This document shows, one piece after another, positions 18,365 through 29,100 of a stretch of DNA of 64,000 nucleotides. Source of the stretch: a virus; the IMG/VR virus record IMGVR_UViG_3300036760_000689, positions 1 through 64,000 of that record; one strand, written 5' to 3'. The notes beneath the pieces are model-generated. The model ran no database searches. It was not told the DNA's origin and was given only the letters and a program-made list of their open reading frames with translations. Within the stretch, counting starts at the first letter, position 1, and every line of letters begins with the position of its first letter. The translations under genes and the position numbers were made by a program.

Positions 18365-19464
18365 AACGCTTCCTCGTTCACCACCTTTGCAAATAGCGGA
18401 CCCTGAATTCGCTCGGCCGCAAGAGATTGATAGGCGAGGTCGGATCCGATGCCAATCCTGCCAAAACACCTCGCTACCATCTGGACTGTGCCTGTGCCGC
18501 AAAATGGGTCAAAGACCACATCCCCCGGTCGGCTTGCCGCAAGGATACATGTCTCTGGCAGTTTCGGTGGGAAGGTGGCAAAGTGAGATCCTTTGTAAGG
18601 GGTAGTATTGATTGTCCATACTGTGCGGATATTGCGTTTACCGTTGTCCTCTGGACGATCCATCATCATTGCCCCATGAGCCGGCTGGGCATCGGCATAT
18701 CTCTTTGAAAAATTTCCGCCGCGCTTTCTGCCTACGTTTGGATGCACCAGGAGATCTCGCTCTCCATCAAATTTGCTACCTTTCCAACTTGCGTTCCTGG
18801 TTAATCCTTGGCCATATGGAGATTTGATCTTGTCTGGAGCGTTCGATCCCGTGTAGGTTGCATTCTCTTTCACCGCCTCCTGATCCCAGTAATATCGTGC
18901 TGATTTTGTGAGCAAGAAAATATACTCATGGGACTTCGTCGGTCGGTCGGTGACACTCTCGGGCATGGGATTCGGCTTGCTCCATATGATATCGGAGCGC
19001 AGATACCATCCATCGGCTTGAAGTGCGAAGGCTACGCGCCAAGGGATGCCAATGAGATCCTTGGCTTTCAATCCCAGAATCGGCATCCGATTTGGCTGTG
19101 TCATATCAAACATTGCTGGCGAAGATCCGGGAGTGGGTTTACCGAAATGCCGTTTGAATCTCTCCCCTTGTTCTCCCCCTCCAGGACAATCGCCGACCTT
19201 TCCTGCCCCAGTCGCATAAGAATCTCCAAGATTCAGGAACAGGACGCCATCATCTCTCAGCACTCGCCAGACCTCTTGGAATACCTCTACAAGGTTCGAT
19301 ACGTACTCTTCAGGGGTTGGCTCAAGGCCGATCTGCCCTGCCACCTTGTAGTCCCTCAAGCCCCAATACGGAGGAGATGTCACAACACATTGAACAGACT
19401 CTGACCTTAATGGGATTTGTCTTGCATCGGCACGAATAAGCATCTGCGACGGCCCAGGAGACAC
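18361..19464 (-). CDS. DNA N4-cytosine/N6-adenine methyltransferase (beta class)
   Basis: VTSPPYW, IIWSKPNPMPESV.DR, HFATFP, DPFCGTGT. Confidence 0.92.
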   Translation of the reverse strand: MSPGPSQMLIRADARQIPLRSESVQCVVTSPPYWGLRDYKVAGQIGLEPTPEEYVSNLVEVFQEVWRVLRDDGVLFLNLGDSYATGAGKVGDCPGGGEQGERFKRHFGKPTPGSSPAMFDMTQPNRMPILGLKAKDLIGIPWRVAFALQADGWYLRSDIIWSKPNPMPESVTDRPTKSHEYIFLLTKSARYYWDQEAVKENATYTGSNAPDKIKSPYGQGLTRNASWKGSKFDGERDLLVHPNVGRKRGGNFSKRYADAQPAHGAMMMDRPEDNGKRNIRTVWTINTTPYKGSHFATFPPKLPETCILAASRPGDVVFDPFCGTGTVQMVARCFGRIGIGSDLAYQSLAAERIQGPLFAKVVNEEAL

Positions 19465-19480
19465 GATCTCGGGAGAGGCC

Positions 19481-19846
19481 TTACCTAACCCCTACCTTCT
19501 CGGCGATCGTCGATCCTTGCTTGGAAAATAGCCACGTAGGAGGCCTTTTATAGGATTTTAATGCAGGTCCCTGATCTGATTTGGGCCTGTGTCCCATGCG
19601 ATAACGCATCGCGGGACAAGTTTTGCTTTGGCATTCCTTAACCAATTTCTGGGACCCGTTCATGCAATAAAGGCAGTTCTTCCTGATAACGCTCAACTTC
19701 GATCTTCCTTTACCGAGACGATACGCATAAAATAGGCATGGGCCAGTAATCAGTGTATCCCCTTGGCAATTTCTGACTTCTTGTGCAAATCCTGAACAAC
19801 CAAGGCACATCAGTCTAATTGCCTTTCGCACGGTTATTTTTGCCAT
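19481..19846 (-). CDS. Phage Cys-rich protein with a duplicated motif
   Basis: Two copies of IR..CL.C..G....V..C....C....YR.G. Confidence 0.65.
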   Translation of the reverse strand: MAKITVRKAIRLMCLGCSGFAQEVRNCQGDTLITGPCLFYAYRLGKGRSKLSVIRKNCLYCMNGSQKLVKECQSKTCPAMRYRMGHRPKSDQGPALKSYKRPPTWLFSKQGSTIAEKVGVR

Positions 19847-19847
19847 A

Positions 19848-20249
19848 TCATGGCTCCGGCAAAGGGGTTATCTCAAAACTGAATTCAGTGTTCTTCCGTT
19901 TTTCCTTGTGAATTCTCAGTTCCATGACCTGCCGATCGTTCTTTATCCGGCCCGAGAGCTGAATGCCATCGAGACACGCTTTTATGGCATCGGCATCGAG
20001 CCTATCTGAGATCCAAATATCGACCGCAACAGACTTTTCCGTGTCTTCGGTTAGGGACTGCAGAGCCATAAACCCAATGGCTCGTTCGACATCCTTGACC
20101 TTTTTTGATGGTCCAATCCAATAAAGCGGCTTCCGATACTGGGCCAGACCAGCGACGATATCCTTGATGGCATTCCAGAAGAACGGCGCAAAGTGGATTT
20201 CATAGGTATTAGCCTTGTTTGGCAACGGTAGCGGAACCGTAACCCTCAT
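19848..20249 (-). CDS. RusA-like Holliday junction resolvase
   Basis: DADAIKACLDGIQ.....NDRQV; position after DnaB. Confidence 0.65.
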   Translation of the reverse strand: MRVTVPLPLPNKANTYEIHFAPFFWNAIKDIVAGLAQYRKPLYWIGPSKKVKDVERAIGFMALQSLTEDTEKSVAVDIWISDRLDADAIKACLDGIQLSGRIKNDRQVMELRIHKEKRKNTEFSFEITPLPEP

Positions 20250-20324
20250 TGTTTCACCTCCAAAACCATCATCAATCGCTTATCGATCCATTCAGTATAG
20301 GCCAGAAGAGGTCCAAGAGTCTCG

Positions 20325-21680
20325 TCATCGATCGTACCACCTTTCAGCCGAACCCTCGCTGTCCTGCCATAAGCTGGCAAACTTTGTAAACTGGCCAATG
20401 AAAGCGAGAGCTACCTCTCCTGTCGGGCCGTTACGTTGTTTGGCAATGATTAACTGAGCCACGCCCGCATGATCTTCGCCTTCCATTTGGTGGATAAGGA
20501 GGGCAATATCACAATCCTGCTCCAATTGGCCGGATTGTCTCAGGTCCGAGAGTCGGGGAATTTCCTCTTTTCGCTTGTTTGGCGAACGGTTCAACTGGGC
20601 ACAAGCGATTATAGGAGTCTTCATGCTTCTCGCCATGAACTTTAAATGCATGGAGTTATAGGCTACCTTCTGTTCATCAGTCGCCTTATAAAGGTGCTTC
20701 GGAGATTGAAGGAGCTGAACATAATCAAGGAGAATGGCGTCCAACGGTTGGCGCAGGCGACGGATTCGCGCTCCGATATCATGGGCATGGATCCCGGTAC
20801 TGTCGTCAATCCATACCTTCCATTGACTCATGGTCCCGGCCGCACGCCCTAATTTCGCCCATTCATCTTTGTTGACAAACCCGGTCAGCAACTTCATCAA
20901 TGGAACCTCAGACACGATGCTAAATAGCCGCATCATAATCATTAAGCGCCCCATCTCGATCGAAAAGAACAAGATCGCCCTACCGTCTTTGGCCATGTTG
21001 GCAAGGATTCCAAGCAAAAGGGATGTCTTGCCCTGACCAGGACGAGATGCGATGATCATATAATCATCTGAGGCAATCCCGGCCGGAATAAGGCGGTCAA
21101 GTCCTTCAAATCCAAGGCTCAAACCCGTCCTGATATCTCTCTGTTTCAGATCAGCAATTCTCTCAACCTGTTGATAAGCCTCGCTCACCGCTGTTTCCAT
21201 CGAGATTGGCCCAACGGCAGGTTCCAAAGCTGCATGGGCCTTGTCTATGGCCGCGATCAGATCGCCAGAGATCTCCCTGAAGGATTCCTCAGCCTGATAT
21301 GACCTTGTCATTGATTCCATGGAGGCTTGGATCAATCTCCTGAGGGCTGCCTTTTCTCGAATGATTTCAACATATTGAGGTGCCAGACCATCCTTGAAAT
21401 GCGGCATGCCATCGGTAAGAGATGCAAGATATGCGGGACCTCCGCATTCCTCAATCTTGCCATCAGTTCGGAGTTGAGACAGAACGGTTATCATGTCTGG
21501 CGATCTGCCCTGGGCCTGGATGTCCTTGGCTGTCTTGAAGATCACGCGATGGGACTGAGAATATAAATCATCTGGCTCAAGATCAAAATCGATTCCGCCC
21601 TCTACAAGAACGACTGCCAGGATGATTCTCTCGACCTCAAGGTCATAAGGTAAAGTCTTTTCGAGGCTTATATCGCTCAT
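20325..21680 (-). CDS. dnaB: Replicative DNA helicase DnaB
   Basis: ASRPGQGKT, FSIEM, LDYVQL, AQLNR, DLRQSGQLEQDCD, KQRNGPTG. Confidence 0.95.
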   Translation of the reverse strand: MSDISLEKTLPYDLEVERIILAVVLVEGGIDFDLEPDDLYSQSHRVIFKTAKDIQAQGRSPDMITVLSQLRTDGKIEECGGPAYLASLTDGMPHFKDGLAPQYVEIIREKAALRRLIQASMESMTRSYQAEESFREISGDLIAAIDKAHAALEPAVGPISMETAVSEAYQQVERIADLKQRDIRTGLSLGFEGLDRLIPAGIASDDYMIIASRPGQGKTSLLLGILANMAKDGRAILFFSIEMGRLMIMMRLFSIVSEVPLMKLLTGFVNKDEWAKLGRAAGTMSQWKVWIDDSTGIHAHDIGARIRRLRQPLDAILLDYVQLLQSPKHLYKATDEQKVAYNSMHLKFMARSMKTPIIACAQLNRSPNKRKEEIPRLSDLRQSGQLEQDCDIALLIHQMEGEDHAGVAQLIIAKQRNGPTGEVALAFIGQFTKFASLWQDSEGSAERWYDR

Positions 21681-22522
21681 TCACCCTCCGATCTCATCTG
21701 AACCATCGTCGTAAGGCAGCGGATTCTTCGGGCAGAAGCTTCGCCAAATTGCTTGGCCCACTCCTCCAGCTCACAATTGCTGGCAACGGACAAGACGACC
21801 TGATCGGCATGCTCATAGCAGTAATCCAACAGACTAAACATCGTCCGTGCGGAGAAGTCTGATAGTGTAACGTTTTCGATCTCGTCAAGATACAGGTGCG
21901 TAGGACCTGAGCGAGTCGCTTCCAACTCAGTCTGCATAAAGATCATATCTTCCGGTTCTGCGGTATTGTCGGTCGCGCAGATCCGGGTAGCATCCATCCA
22001 TGAGTTTGCCTTCCGAAACAACAACCTTCTACCTGCATAGGCGGCTTCGATGGCCAAACAATACATTAGAAAGCTCTTGCCTACTCCGGTAGGACCCATG
22101 AAACAATATCCCTTCAAGGGATTCTCGGCTAGGGTCTCGATGATTTGGGCTTGATCGACTCGAAATAGACCGCGGTTCTCCACATAATCCGTCGGTTGGA
22201 CTTTCTCGGCGGGAAAATTGGCTGGAGGCCATCTCCGATAAGTTCTTCCTGGGCAGAGCCGTCTACCTTCAAGATTCTTACGGACGAAAGCCCCAGCCCT
22301 TTGGACAATCCTAGCGGCCCTCGCGACATAAAAGCATTCGCAGAGCGCGTAGCACCTATGCCCTGGACTTATTTCCTCCGGTACCAGAAGGTGTTTTTGG
22401 TCCTGGCAGGTCTGGCAGCCGATTTTCGGGGGGGGTAATGAGGGGTTTTCCTTTCGATTGCTTTCGATAAGTTTGTAGGTCTCCCTTACCACTGAGTCGA
22501 GCTTTTCTGGTTCCTGGTCCAT
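21677..22522 (-). CDS. DnaC/IstB-like AAA+ helicase loader
   Basis: CxxC zinc motif, GPTGVGKS, LYLDEI, VASN, ARRI. Confidence 0.8.
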   Translation of the reverse strand: MDQEPEKLDSVVRETYKLIESNRKENPSLPPPKIGCQTCQDQKHLLVPEEISPGHRCYALCECFYVARAARIVQRAGAFVRKNLEGRRLCPGRTYRRWPPANFPAEKVQPTDYVENRGLFRVDQAQIIETLAENPLKGYCFMGPTGVGKSFLMYCLAIEAAYAGRRLLFRKANSWMDATRICATDNTAEPEDMIFMQTELEATRSGPTHLYLDEIENVTLSDFSARTMFSLLDYCYEHADQVVLSVASNCELEEWAKQFGEASARRIRCLTTMVQMRSEGE

Positions 22523-24362
22523 ATGCATTTTCCTTTTCAAAGCTATCGTTGTAGATTCCTCGGACAACCTGGTTAACGTGCTCAAGATCTTTTGATAGCC
22601 AGACAGGACTGATCTTTGGATAATGCTCCGGGTGGCACTGTCGCGCGATGTGGATCAGTTTTACCCAATGGCCTGCGGGACCGTCCGCATTGTCCGGGTA
22701 TTCATTGAGGTGCTTTAGAAGGTCTCCTACTCTTCCGTATTCTGGCACCTCCACTGCTGGCAACGGTCCTCTTTCCTTTTCCCAGACCTCGAAGAGGTCT
22801 TTTGGAGTGAGTTTTTTGGGTGCCGTCGGCTGCTTTTGCTTTGCTTCTTTCTTCTCTCTTTCTTCTTGATGTACTTCTTTCTTCTTGTTAAGTGGCTCGC
22901 CTTGTGGCTCAGCGATAGGCTCAGCTATTGGCTCGCCTTGTGGCTCAGCTATTGGCTCGCCACCTATGAGATCGGTTGTTACAGGCCGCGCTTGATATCT
23001 GTCGTAATTACAGAGACTTATAACCGAAAAACCTATGATGGGAGGCTCTGGTTTTATTGGCTCAGCTATTGGCTCGCTTTGTGGCTCAGCTATTGGCTCA
23101 GCTATTGGCTCGCTTTGTGGCTCACCGTTTTTCGCGTTTCGCAGGTTGGCCGTAACCGCCTTTTTTCTCAGAATAAATCTTCTGGAAATCTCTCCATTTT
23201 GTTCAAAGGAAAGGAGTAGTCTGTTCATCGATGGCCGACTTACCTTGAATTTCTGGGCGAGTTGCCTCTCCGTGCAGTCAGTCTCGCCACGTTGCAGAAC
23301 GATCGTCTGGCCGAATCTGCGAATCGTAGTCGGCTGTCTACAGGCGATCAGCATCAGATAGCAAAAAATCTTGAATGGCCAATGCCGGGGATCTTCAAAT
23401 GTCCAGTGGTCGAGGATTCTGCGGTGAAGTTTGATCCATCCTTGTTGACATCTTTCCTGTGGCAGCACCAAGTCGGCGAGAGCGCCATCGGGCATGAACC
23501 ATTCCCCACCGACTCTTAATCTGCAGAATCTTTTGTGGAAGGCTTTCTCGTCGCCGATGGTTCCCGCGATCTTATGCATCAGGACTAGCCTTCCAGGGGA
23601 TCCGGTCTGTAGGATCTTTATCCGTTGTTCTGGATCAACAGCCCAACCGATCTTAATCAGTCCACTTTGCTCATCTTGAACGAAATAAACCCATCCCTGC
23701 TGGAGCATGGCCTGTTTTTGGGGATTGATCCCTGGAAACTGATCCGCATGGTCCGAAGAAATCCAGATACCCAAACCTTGAGGTTCACTTAGATTGGGGA
23801 GGCATGACCTGCAATGTCCATACTTGCCGATCGGAAAGTCTTCCCCTGAGGAATACCAATCGATGCCAAAACCTGTTCCTGAGCATTCCTGGCAATCAGG
23901 TTTACAGCGAGCATCTGGTTGAAATTGGCGATGGAAAAGCTGTGTTAATTCTTTGGTTATAGGGGAGGCTGCGTCCTTGTCGTTGCAGATCCCGGAGGAA
24001 TCCGAAGCCTTTCCTGGCATAGCCTCGGAACGGGGAACGCCCCCGCCTCCTGCCTCCCCATCATCCAAGGATGCCAGTATAAATTCTTCTGGCATGGAAG
24101 GCAACACGGTAAAAACGTAGCCAATGGTATCCGCTTTGGCCAGAATGGCAGCGCCAATGGCACAGGCAAGGGAGTAAGCCGAACCTCGCTGGTCCCAGAG
24201 TCCCTTAAATGTATCTTCTTCATTGCCCTTCGTCGTCCAATGCCTATCCTTAAATAGCTTGATCGCAGCACTTTGCAACGAAGTGCGACCTAATACCTTC
24301 TCTGAGTCACCGCATCCCGACGCTTCTTTCCATGCCTCAAAACAGTCCTGGTTCGAGGGCAT
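22356..24362 (-). CDS. Replication initiator fused to a T5orf172/GIY-YIG-like domain
   Basis: GWVYFVQ..LIKIG..RIKILQTGSP..EWF, then GWIKLHRRI..., YDRYQ and EPIA repeats; sits upstream of loader and helicase. Confidence 0.75.
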   Translation of the reverse strand: MPSNQDCFEAWKEASGCGDSEKVLGRTSLQSAAIKLFKDRHWTTKGNEEDTFKGLWDQRGSAYSLACAIGAAILAKADTIGYVFTVLPSMPEEFILASLDDGEAGGGGVPRSEAMPGKASDSSGICNDKDAASPITKELTQLFHRQFQPDARCKPDCQECSGTGFGIDWYSSGEDFPIGKYGHCRSCLPNLSEPQGLGIWISSDHADQFPGINPQKQAMLQQGWVYFVQDEQSGLIKIGWAVDPEQRIKILQTGSPGRLVLMHKIAGTIGDEKAFHKRFCRLRVGGEWFMPDGALADLVLPQERCQQGWIKLHRRILDHWTFEDPRHWPFKIFCYLMLIACRQPTTIRRFGQTIVLQRGETDCTERQLAQKFKVSRPSMNRLLLSFEQNGEISRRFILRKKAVTANLRNAKNGEPQSEPIAEPIAEPQSEPIAEPIKPEPPIIGFSVISLCNYDRYQARPVTTDLIGGEPIAEPQGEPIAEPIAEPQGEPLNKKKEVHQEEREKKEAKQKQPTAPKKLTPKDLFEVWEKERGPLPAVEVPEYGRVGDLLKHLNEYPDNADGPAGHWVKLIHIARQCHPEHYPKISPVWLSKDLEHVNQVVRGIYNDSFEKENAYGPGTRKARLSGKGDLQTYRKQSKGKPLITPPENRLPDLPGPKTPSGTGGNKSRA
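22893..23123. repeat. Iteron-like 12-bp repeats, probable phage replication origin
   Basis: Two blocks of six units with a TGGCTC core at 12-bp spacing (22893-22964; 23058-23123) inside the initiator gene, beside a purine/pyrimidine-skewed tract. Confidence 0.7.
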
Positions 24363-24383
24363 GCCGACAACTCCGATCTGTGA

Positions 24384-24635
24384 TTATTTCCAGTAGCTGG
24401 ATTTACTCTTTGCCACGTTGTTTTTTTGATCGTGGCACTCTGGACACAATGCTTGAGCATTAGCCCATTCATCTCCACCGCCTTGGGACCTCTTCCGTTT
24501 GTGATCCCTTGTGAGTGGCCCTACCCTACCACACTTGGCGCAACGCCATCCTTGGCTTTCAAACAGTTTCTGTTTTTGCGCTCGGTACGCTTTCGGACTT
24601 AGCTTCAGTTTCTTTGGTTTCCATTGGGGTTCCAC
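24384..24635 (-). CDS. Small HNH endonuclease
   Basis: CAKC..DH..KRSQGG....NAQALCPECH. Confidence 0.85.
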   Translation of the reverse strand: MEPQWKPKKLKLSPKAYRAQKQKLFESQGWRCAKCGRVGPLTRDHKRKRSQGGGDEWANAQALCPECHDQKNNVAKSKSSYWK

Positions 24636-25404
24636 GATTCTTGTCTACTCCTGCCGCGATGGTGCCGATAAGGCGATCAACAACCTGCGCTTCAGAAAAA
24701 TCCAACTGTTCTACGAATCCCTTGATCGTGGTCAGGATGAATTGATTCTTGCCCATTACGTGTCCACTGCCATCCTCCGCGAACTGCGAGAGAAAGTTGG
24801 CGCAGACCAGAACAAATAGAAATCCCAATCCGCGATCTGAGCCGACCAGTTTTGTCATTGTCTCAAAAGTGCGATTGATCGTGATGATGTCGTCGCCGAA
24901 GATCCTGAACGATATGAAATGATCCTCGACCTTTGGGTCGGGCTTCGGCTGGCTTTTGCTTCCATCCCCGGTGTCGTCCGTCAGAAAAGATCTGACGCGA
25001 CGGCGGAAGGTATCCTTATCGTCCTCTTGAGCATGCAGAAACCAATTCTCAGGGATAAGGCCGCAATGCCTTTGCACGCGCACCAGATCCTCGCATTTGC
25101 TCCGGCCTAAATTTTCAAGAAGTTCTCTTGGATAGTTGGCGAGGTGCTCGCCGATGCCGATAAGGGCGTAATAATTTGCTCGGGACTGCGGGAAGATGTC
25201 GCGGATGTATTCCTCTTCGCTTTTATAGCCACGAAGGGTCCAGTAAGCTCCGCGTTTGGCCTCAACGAGCAATGCCGCCAGCCGCATTAGTCCCTTCTCA
25301 TATTTGGCTGACGTTTCCCGTTGCCATTTTACTAGCTTGTCGATTGCTATGAGGACTGATAGCGCGACTTCATTGACAATCTGAATCTCCTCTTGCATGG
25401 GCAT
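24559..25404 (-). CDS. Hypothetical protein
   Basis: 281-aa ORF in the operon; GYKSEEEY segment typical of phage DNA-binding proteins. Confidence 0.6.
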   Translation of the reverse strand: MPMQEEIQIVNEVALSVLIAIDKLVKWQRETSAKYEKGLMRLAALLVEAKRGAYWTLRGYKSEEEYIRDIFPQSRANYYALIGIGEHLANYPRELLENLGRSKCEDLVRVQRHCGLIPENWFLHAQEDDKDTFRRRVRSFLTDDTGDGSKSQPKPDPKVEDHFISFRIFGDDIITINRTFETMTKLVGSDRGLGFLFVLVCANFLSQFAEDGSGHVMGKNQFILTTIKGFVEQLDFSEAQVVDRLIGTIAAGVDKNRGTPMETKETEAKSESVPSAKTETV

Positions 25405-25798
25405 CTCTCAAAATCTTCAGACTAGGAAGGTCTAGTGGCGTCCCACATTTTACCCTTTCTAGAGCACCCCGTTGCAACAAAAATCCGAAGATTGGATCGC
25501 CCACCAATCCGTGAGCTTTCCAACGCAAAAGGGAAAGTCGCGCTGCGGATGGATCAATGCCTAATGTTTTGCACACGATAGGAAGCGGTGACTGCGTGAT
25601 TCCAAAAAGAACCGCTTTAGCCGAAGCGCGTGTTTTCTTCCGTATTTTGGGCATCAAATAATCCCGTTCAGCACGGCGCAGAAGGCTGATCGTAATCCTG
25701 AGCGTACTGAGATCAATATGATTAAAATGGGATATCGTCGTCAGTAATGCTTGCTGTGCTAGACTCTGGGACTGCTGCTGGGGCCGGCTGCGGTTCAT
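25370..25798 (-). CDS. Hypothetical protein (start uncertain)
   Basis: Fills the gap between SSB and the next gene on the coding strand. Confidence 0.45.
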   Translation of the reverse strand: MNRSRPQQQSQSLAQQALLTTISHFNHIDLSTLRITISLLRRAERDYLMPKIRKKTRASAKAVLFGITQSPLPIVCKTLGIDPSAARLSLLRWKAHGLVGDPIFGFLLQRGALERVKCGTPLDLPSLKILRDAHARGDSDCQ

Positions 25799-26126
25799 CG
25801 ACCACTTCCTTGCGATCAGACCAATTGATTTTGTAGACGGCGATATCGATCGAGTATCGGGGACTCCCATCTCTGCCCGTGTATTGGCGAAGATCAACAT
25901 CGCCAAGGACGTCTACTTGCATCCCCTTATGCAGATATTGTTGACAGAGTTCGGCCGTCTTGTCAAATGCTGTAGCCCTTATCCAGGTGCAATATTCCAC
26001 CTCACCGTGCTTGCTGTTGATGGCAATATTGAACTTGCAGATTTTTGTGCCGCTTTGCGTAACCTTGAGATCTGGATCTCTTCCCAAGTTGCCGATGATG
26101 TTACCGAAAAATCTACCCTGTGCCAT
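25722..26126 (-). CDS. ssb: Single-stranded DNA-binding protein
   Basis: IGNLGRDPDLK, YLHKG, C-terminal DDDIPF. Confidence 0.95.
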   Translation of the reverse strand: MAQGRFFGNIIGNLGRDPDLKVTQSGTKICKFNIAINSKHGEVEYCTWIRATAFDKTAELCQQYLHKGMQVDVLGDVDLRQYTGRDGSPRYSIDIAVYKINWSDRKEVVDEPQPAPAAVPESSTASITDDDIPF

Positions 26127-26134
26127 GGTTTCTC

Positions 26135-29100
26135 CTATCCGACCGTGACGCAGCCGTCCTCAATTCGAATCTGCGAATCGGCGAGATCCACTACCCTTGA
26201 TTGATGAGCGATAAAAAACAATTTGGAAAAATGCCCGACCTGTCGCGCACGACGGAGCATAGTGATGTACCGGATGGCATTTTCATCGTCCAGAGCACCG
26301 CTTACTTCGTCCCGCCAGATCGAAGCCCATCCAACGTTAGATTTCTGCCGATTGTAGAGGGCAGTGGCCAGGGCGGCAGCTTCGCTGACAATCGTTCTCT
26401 CACCTCCAGAGAGATCATCAACGCTGCCCTCTCTGTTTTTTTCGGCATCATAGACGTACAGATCAAAATCATCTGTAACGCCCCCTGTGGCCGTGGGCCG
26501 TTGCGTCACAAACTTGATTGAAAACCTTGGTCCGAAGCACGAATATAGGAGTTCCTTGTTGGCGATGTCGCTTACCGCCGGCCCTGCGGCCGCGATCTCT
26601 AAGCTCTGGATTTCCATCTTCCCAAATGCCTTTGCGAGGAAATTCCAGTTCCTATGGTCCTGAAAAGTTTTCTGAAGGTGGGGCCTTATCTCCTGACTCT
26701 TCTTGTGAGCTTCCAGAATCTCATTCAGGATCGTTTCCGCGCGAGTCAGCTCATTTTGAGCAACCTCAAGATTGGTCCGCCTATTTTCCAGATGATTCTC
26801 TGCCTCCTGCATGGATATCTGGGCGCGACGGGCCTCATCTTCTGCCGCCTTGGCACTTCGAAATTCTTGGGAAGTCTTCTCGAGGCTATTGGCCACCAGT
26901 GCAGAATCCGCTTCCCAGTTCATTATTCGATTTTTGATCTGGCCCATCTGCCCTTCCGCTACTTCTGCTGCGACTTTCCGGACGGTAAGGCCATGCAAAG
27001 AATCGGCCATCTTTTTCAATTCCGCCTCTTGTTTGTTTCGCTCCTTTGCCGTCTCTTCACCTTCCGCAACAGCAAAAGAAATATTCTCAATATCCACGTT
27101 CACAAGAGATAGGTCCATTTGGAATCCAGCCAAAGCCTGTTTCACTTCACCAATCTTAGTTTCTGCCGCTTCCGCTTTAGCTAGTGCATCGCGATCCCTT
27201 TCCATCATAGCAACCCTGCGTTCCAATTCCGAAATGGCTAGGGTGGTCTTACGTATTTCCGATTCAATGACGTGTTGACCTTGAGGGTCTGGCCTTCGGA
27301 GTTGTTTCATCTGTTGATCGCATGCGAGCATCCGGGATTGCGCCACATCAATATCACCAGAAATCTCATCAATAGAATCTCTACCTTTGATGGCGTTTGC
27401 CAAAAATTGACACGAAACATATTCCCCTTCCCCGTGACAGGGGACAACATTGATGATGAGCGAATCTCGTTGTGCTCGTTGGAGGGTGATCGTATTGACC
27501 GCCCTAATCTTTTCGCTCTCCGCCCTAGTCTTTTCAATCATCAACGTTTGCTCGGCATATTCTTTTATCATTCGCTGATATGTAGCCAACTCCTGCTGGG
27601 AGCGCGCGAGTTCCCCGCGTAAAGCTTGAATGTTCCGTCTTCCCTCCTCCAATCCTTGAGCCATATCCCTCAACTTCGGCGCTGAATCCGCCATTTCCTT
27701 GAGTTTGACTATCAGATCCTCACTCGTAACGATATCCTCATCGAGTCTTTTATGACGATGTTTGAGGGAGAGCAAGGTATTTTTGGCCGCGTTTGCAACG
27801 GCCATCTTGTTTGCCAGACTGGCGATCTGCTCCTTGGTGGCGATTATCTCACCTTCAGAAAACGCAATCAGATCTCCGAGCATGGGTAGTTGCGAGACAA
27901 TTAATTCCGCATCCGACAATACTTTCCTCTCGGTTGCGATATCGGTCTTCAACTTTGCAGATCTAGAAGAAAGCAGATTCATTTGCTGGGTGATTACAGG
28001 AAGAATAGCTGCTTTATTCTTCAGCGCCGAATAAATCGATTGGACATCTTTGTAATCGGCCTCGGCGTGAATAACTTCTTGTCGCAGATTATCGCGGCTG
28101 TTGTGGAGCGTCTCAACATCGGGGACCATTTTCGAGGCGGTAACCTGAAGCATTTCATGTTGTCCGGTAAGCCGTTGCATTTCAAACTGGCTGGCGTCGG
28201 CATGTTTTCCAGCCAAATCCGAAATCTTTTGAAGGCGATTCAATCCCAGCATGCTTATGAAAAGGGCCTTGCGATCAGCTTTCTCCAGTTCGATGAATGA
28301 TCCCCTTTTATTCTGGGATCCGAAGGAGGATGCCAGCACCATCTTAGAACTGCCGAAGAGTGTCTGCATGATCTCATCGAATGGTCCCGTATTGCCATCC
28401 TCACCGCCTATGGGTTTACCATCTTTGTAGAGGTATACCTTCATTGATCGCTTTTCGGCATTGATCTGGAGAACAGATAGATAATGATCGGTTCCCTGGT
28501 CGAATGCGAAACTGATTTTGGCATCCTTGCCCCGACAGTATTTATAGATGCTGGCCTCGCGGTAGGGGAAGTATCGATAAAAACTGGCGAACATGCTTTC
28601 GACGAACATCGTCTTTCCGCTATTCGACACAACAACTCCATTTGCGATGAAGTTGTGGCTCCCTGGAACCTCCATGTCGAACGTTTCTTCTTGGCCACAC
28701 TCGTCAATGCTGATTACTTTGTGATTGAACTGCTGCACTGTATGAGAATCTTGTCTATCTCTTATGGGCAGTCCAAATCTTCGCAGCCAATTGCGCACAC
28801 ATGTATCAGTACAACCAAACCGAGATGCGATCTGAGGCGCACTCAATCGATCCGTGAGATACATCTGCTCAAGCTGCGACTTTTCCGCCCATGGCCGATC
28901 CTGTTTATGCCAATAGTTCTCCTGCCCCCTGATCCTTATACTTTCTGACAGTGACCGACGAGGGATAGAGAACCACTCAAGCCAATAACCTATTGTATGG
29001 TCGCTCACTCCCAGAGCATCCGCTATTTGCACTGTACTTAAACGCTCAATACAGTACATTTGAGTGAGCAATTCTTTGTTGGCCCACGGTTGGTCTTGGG

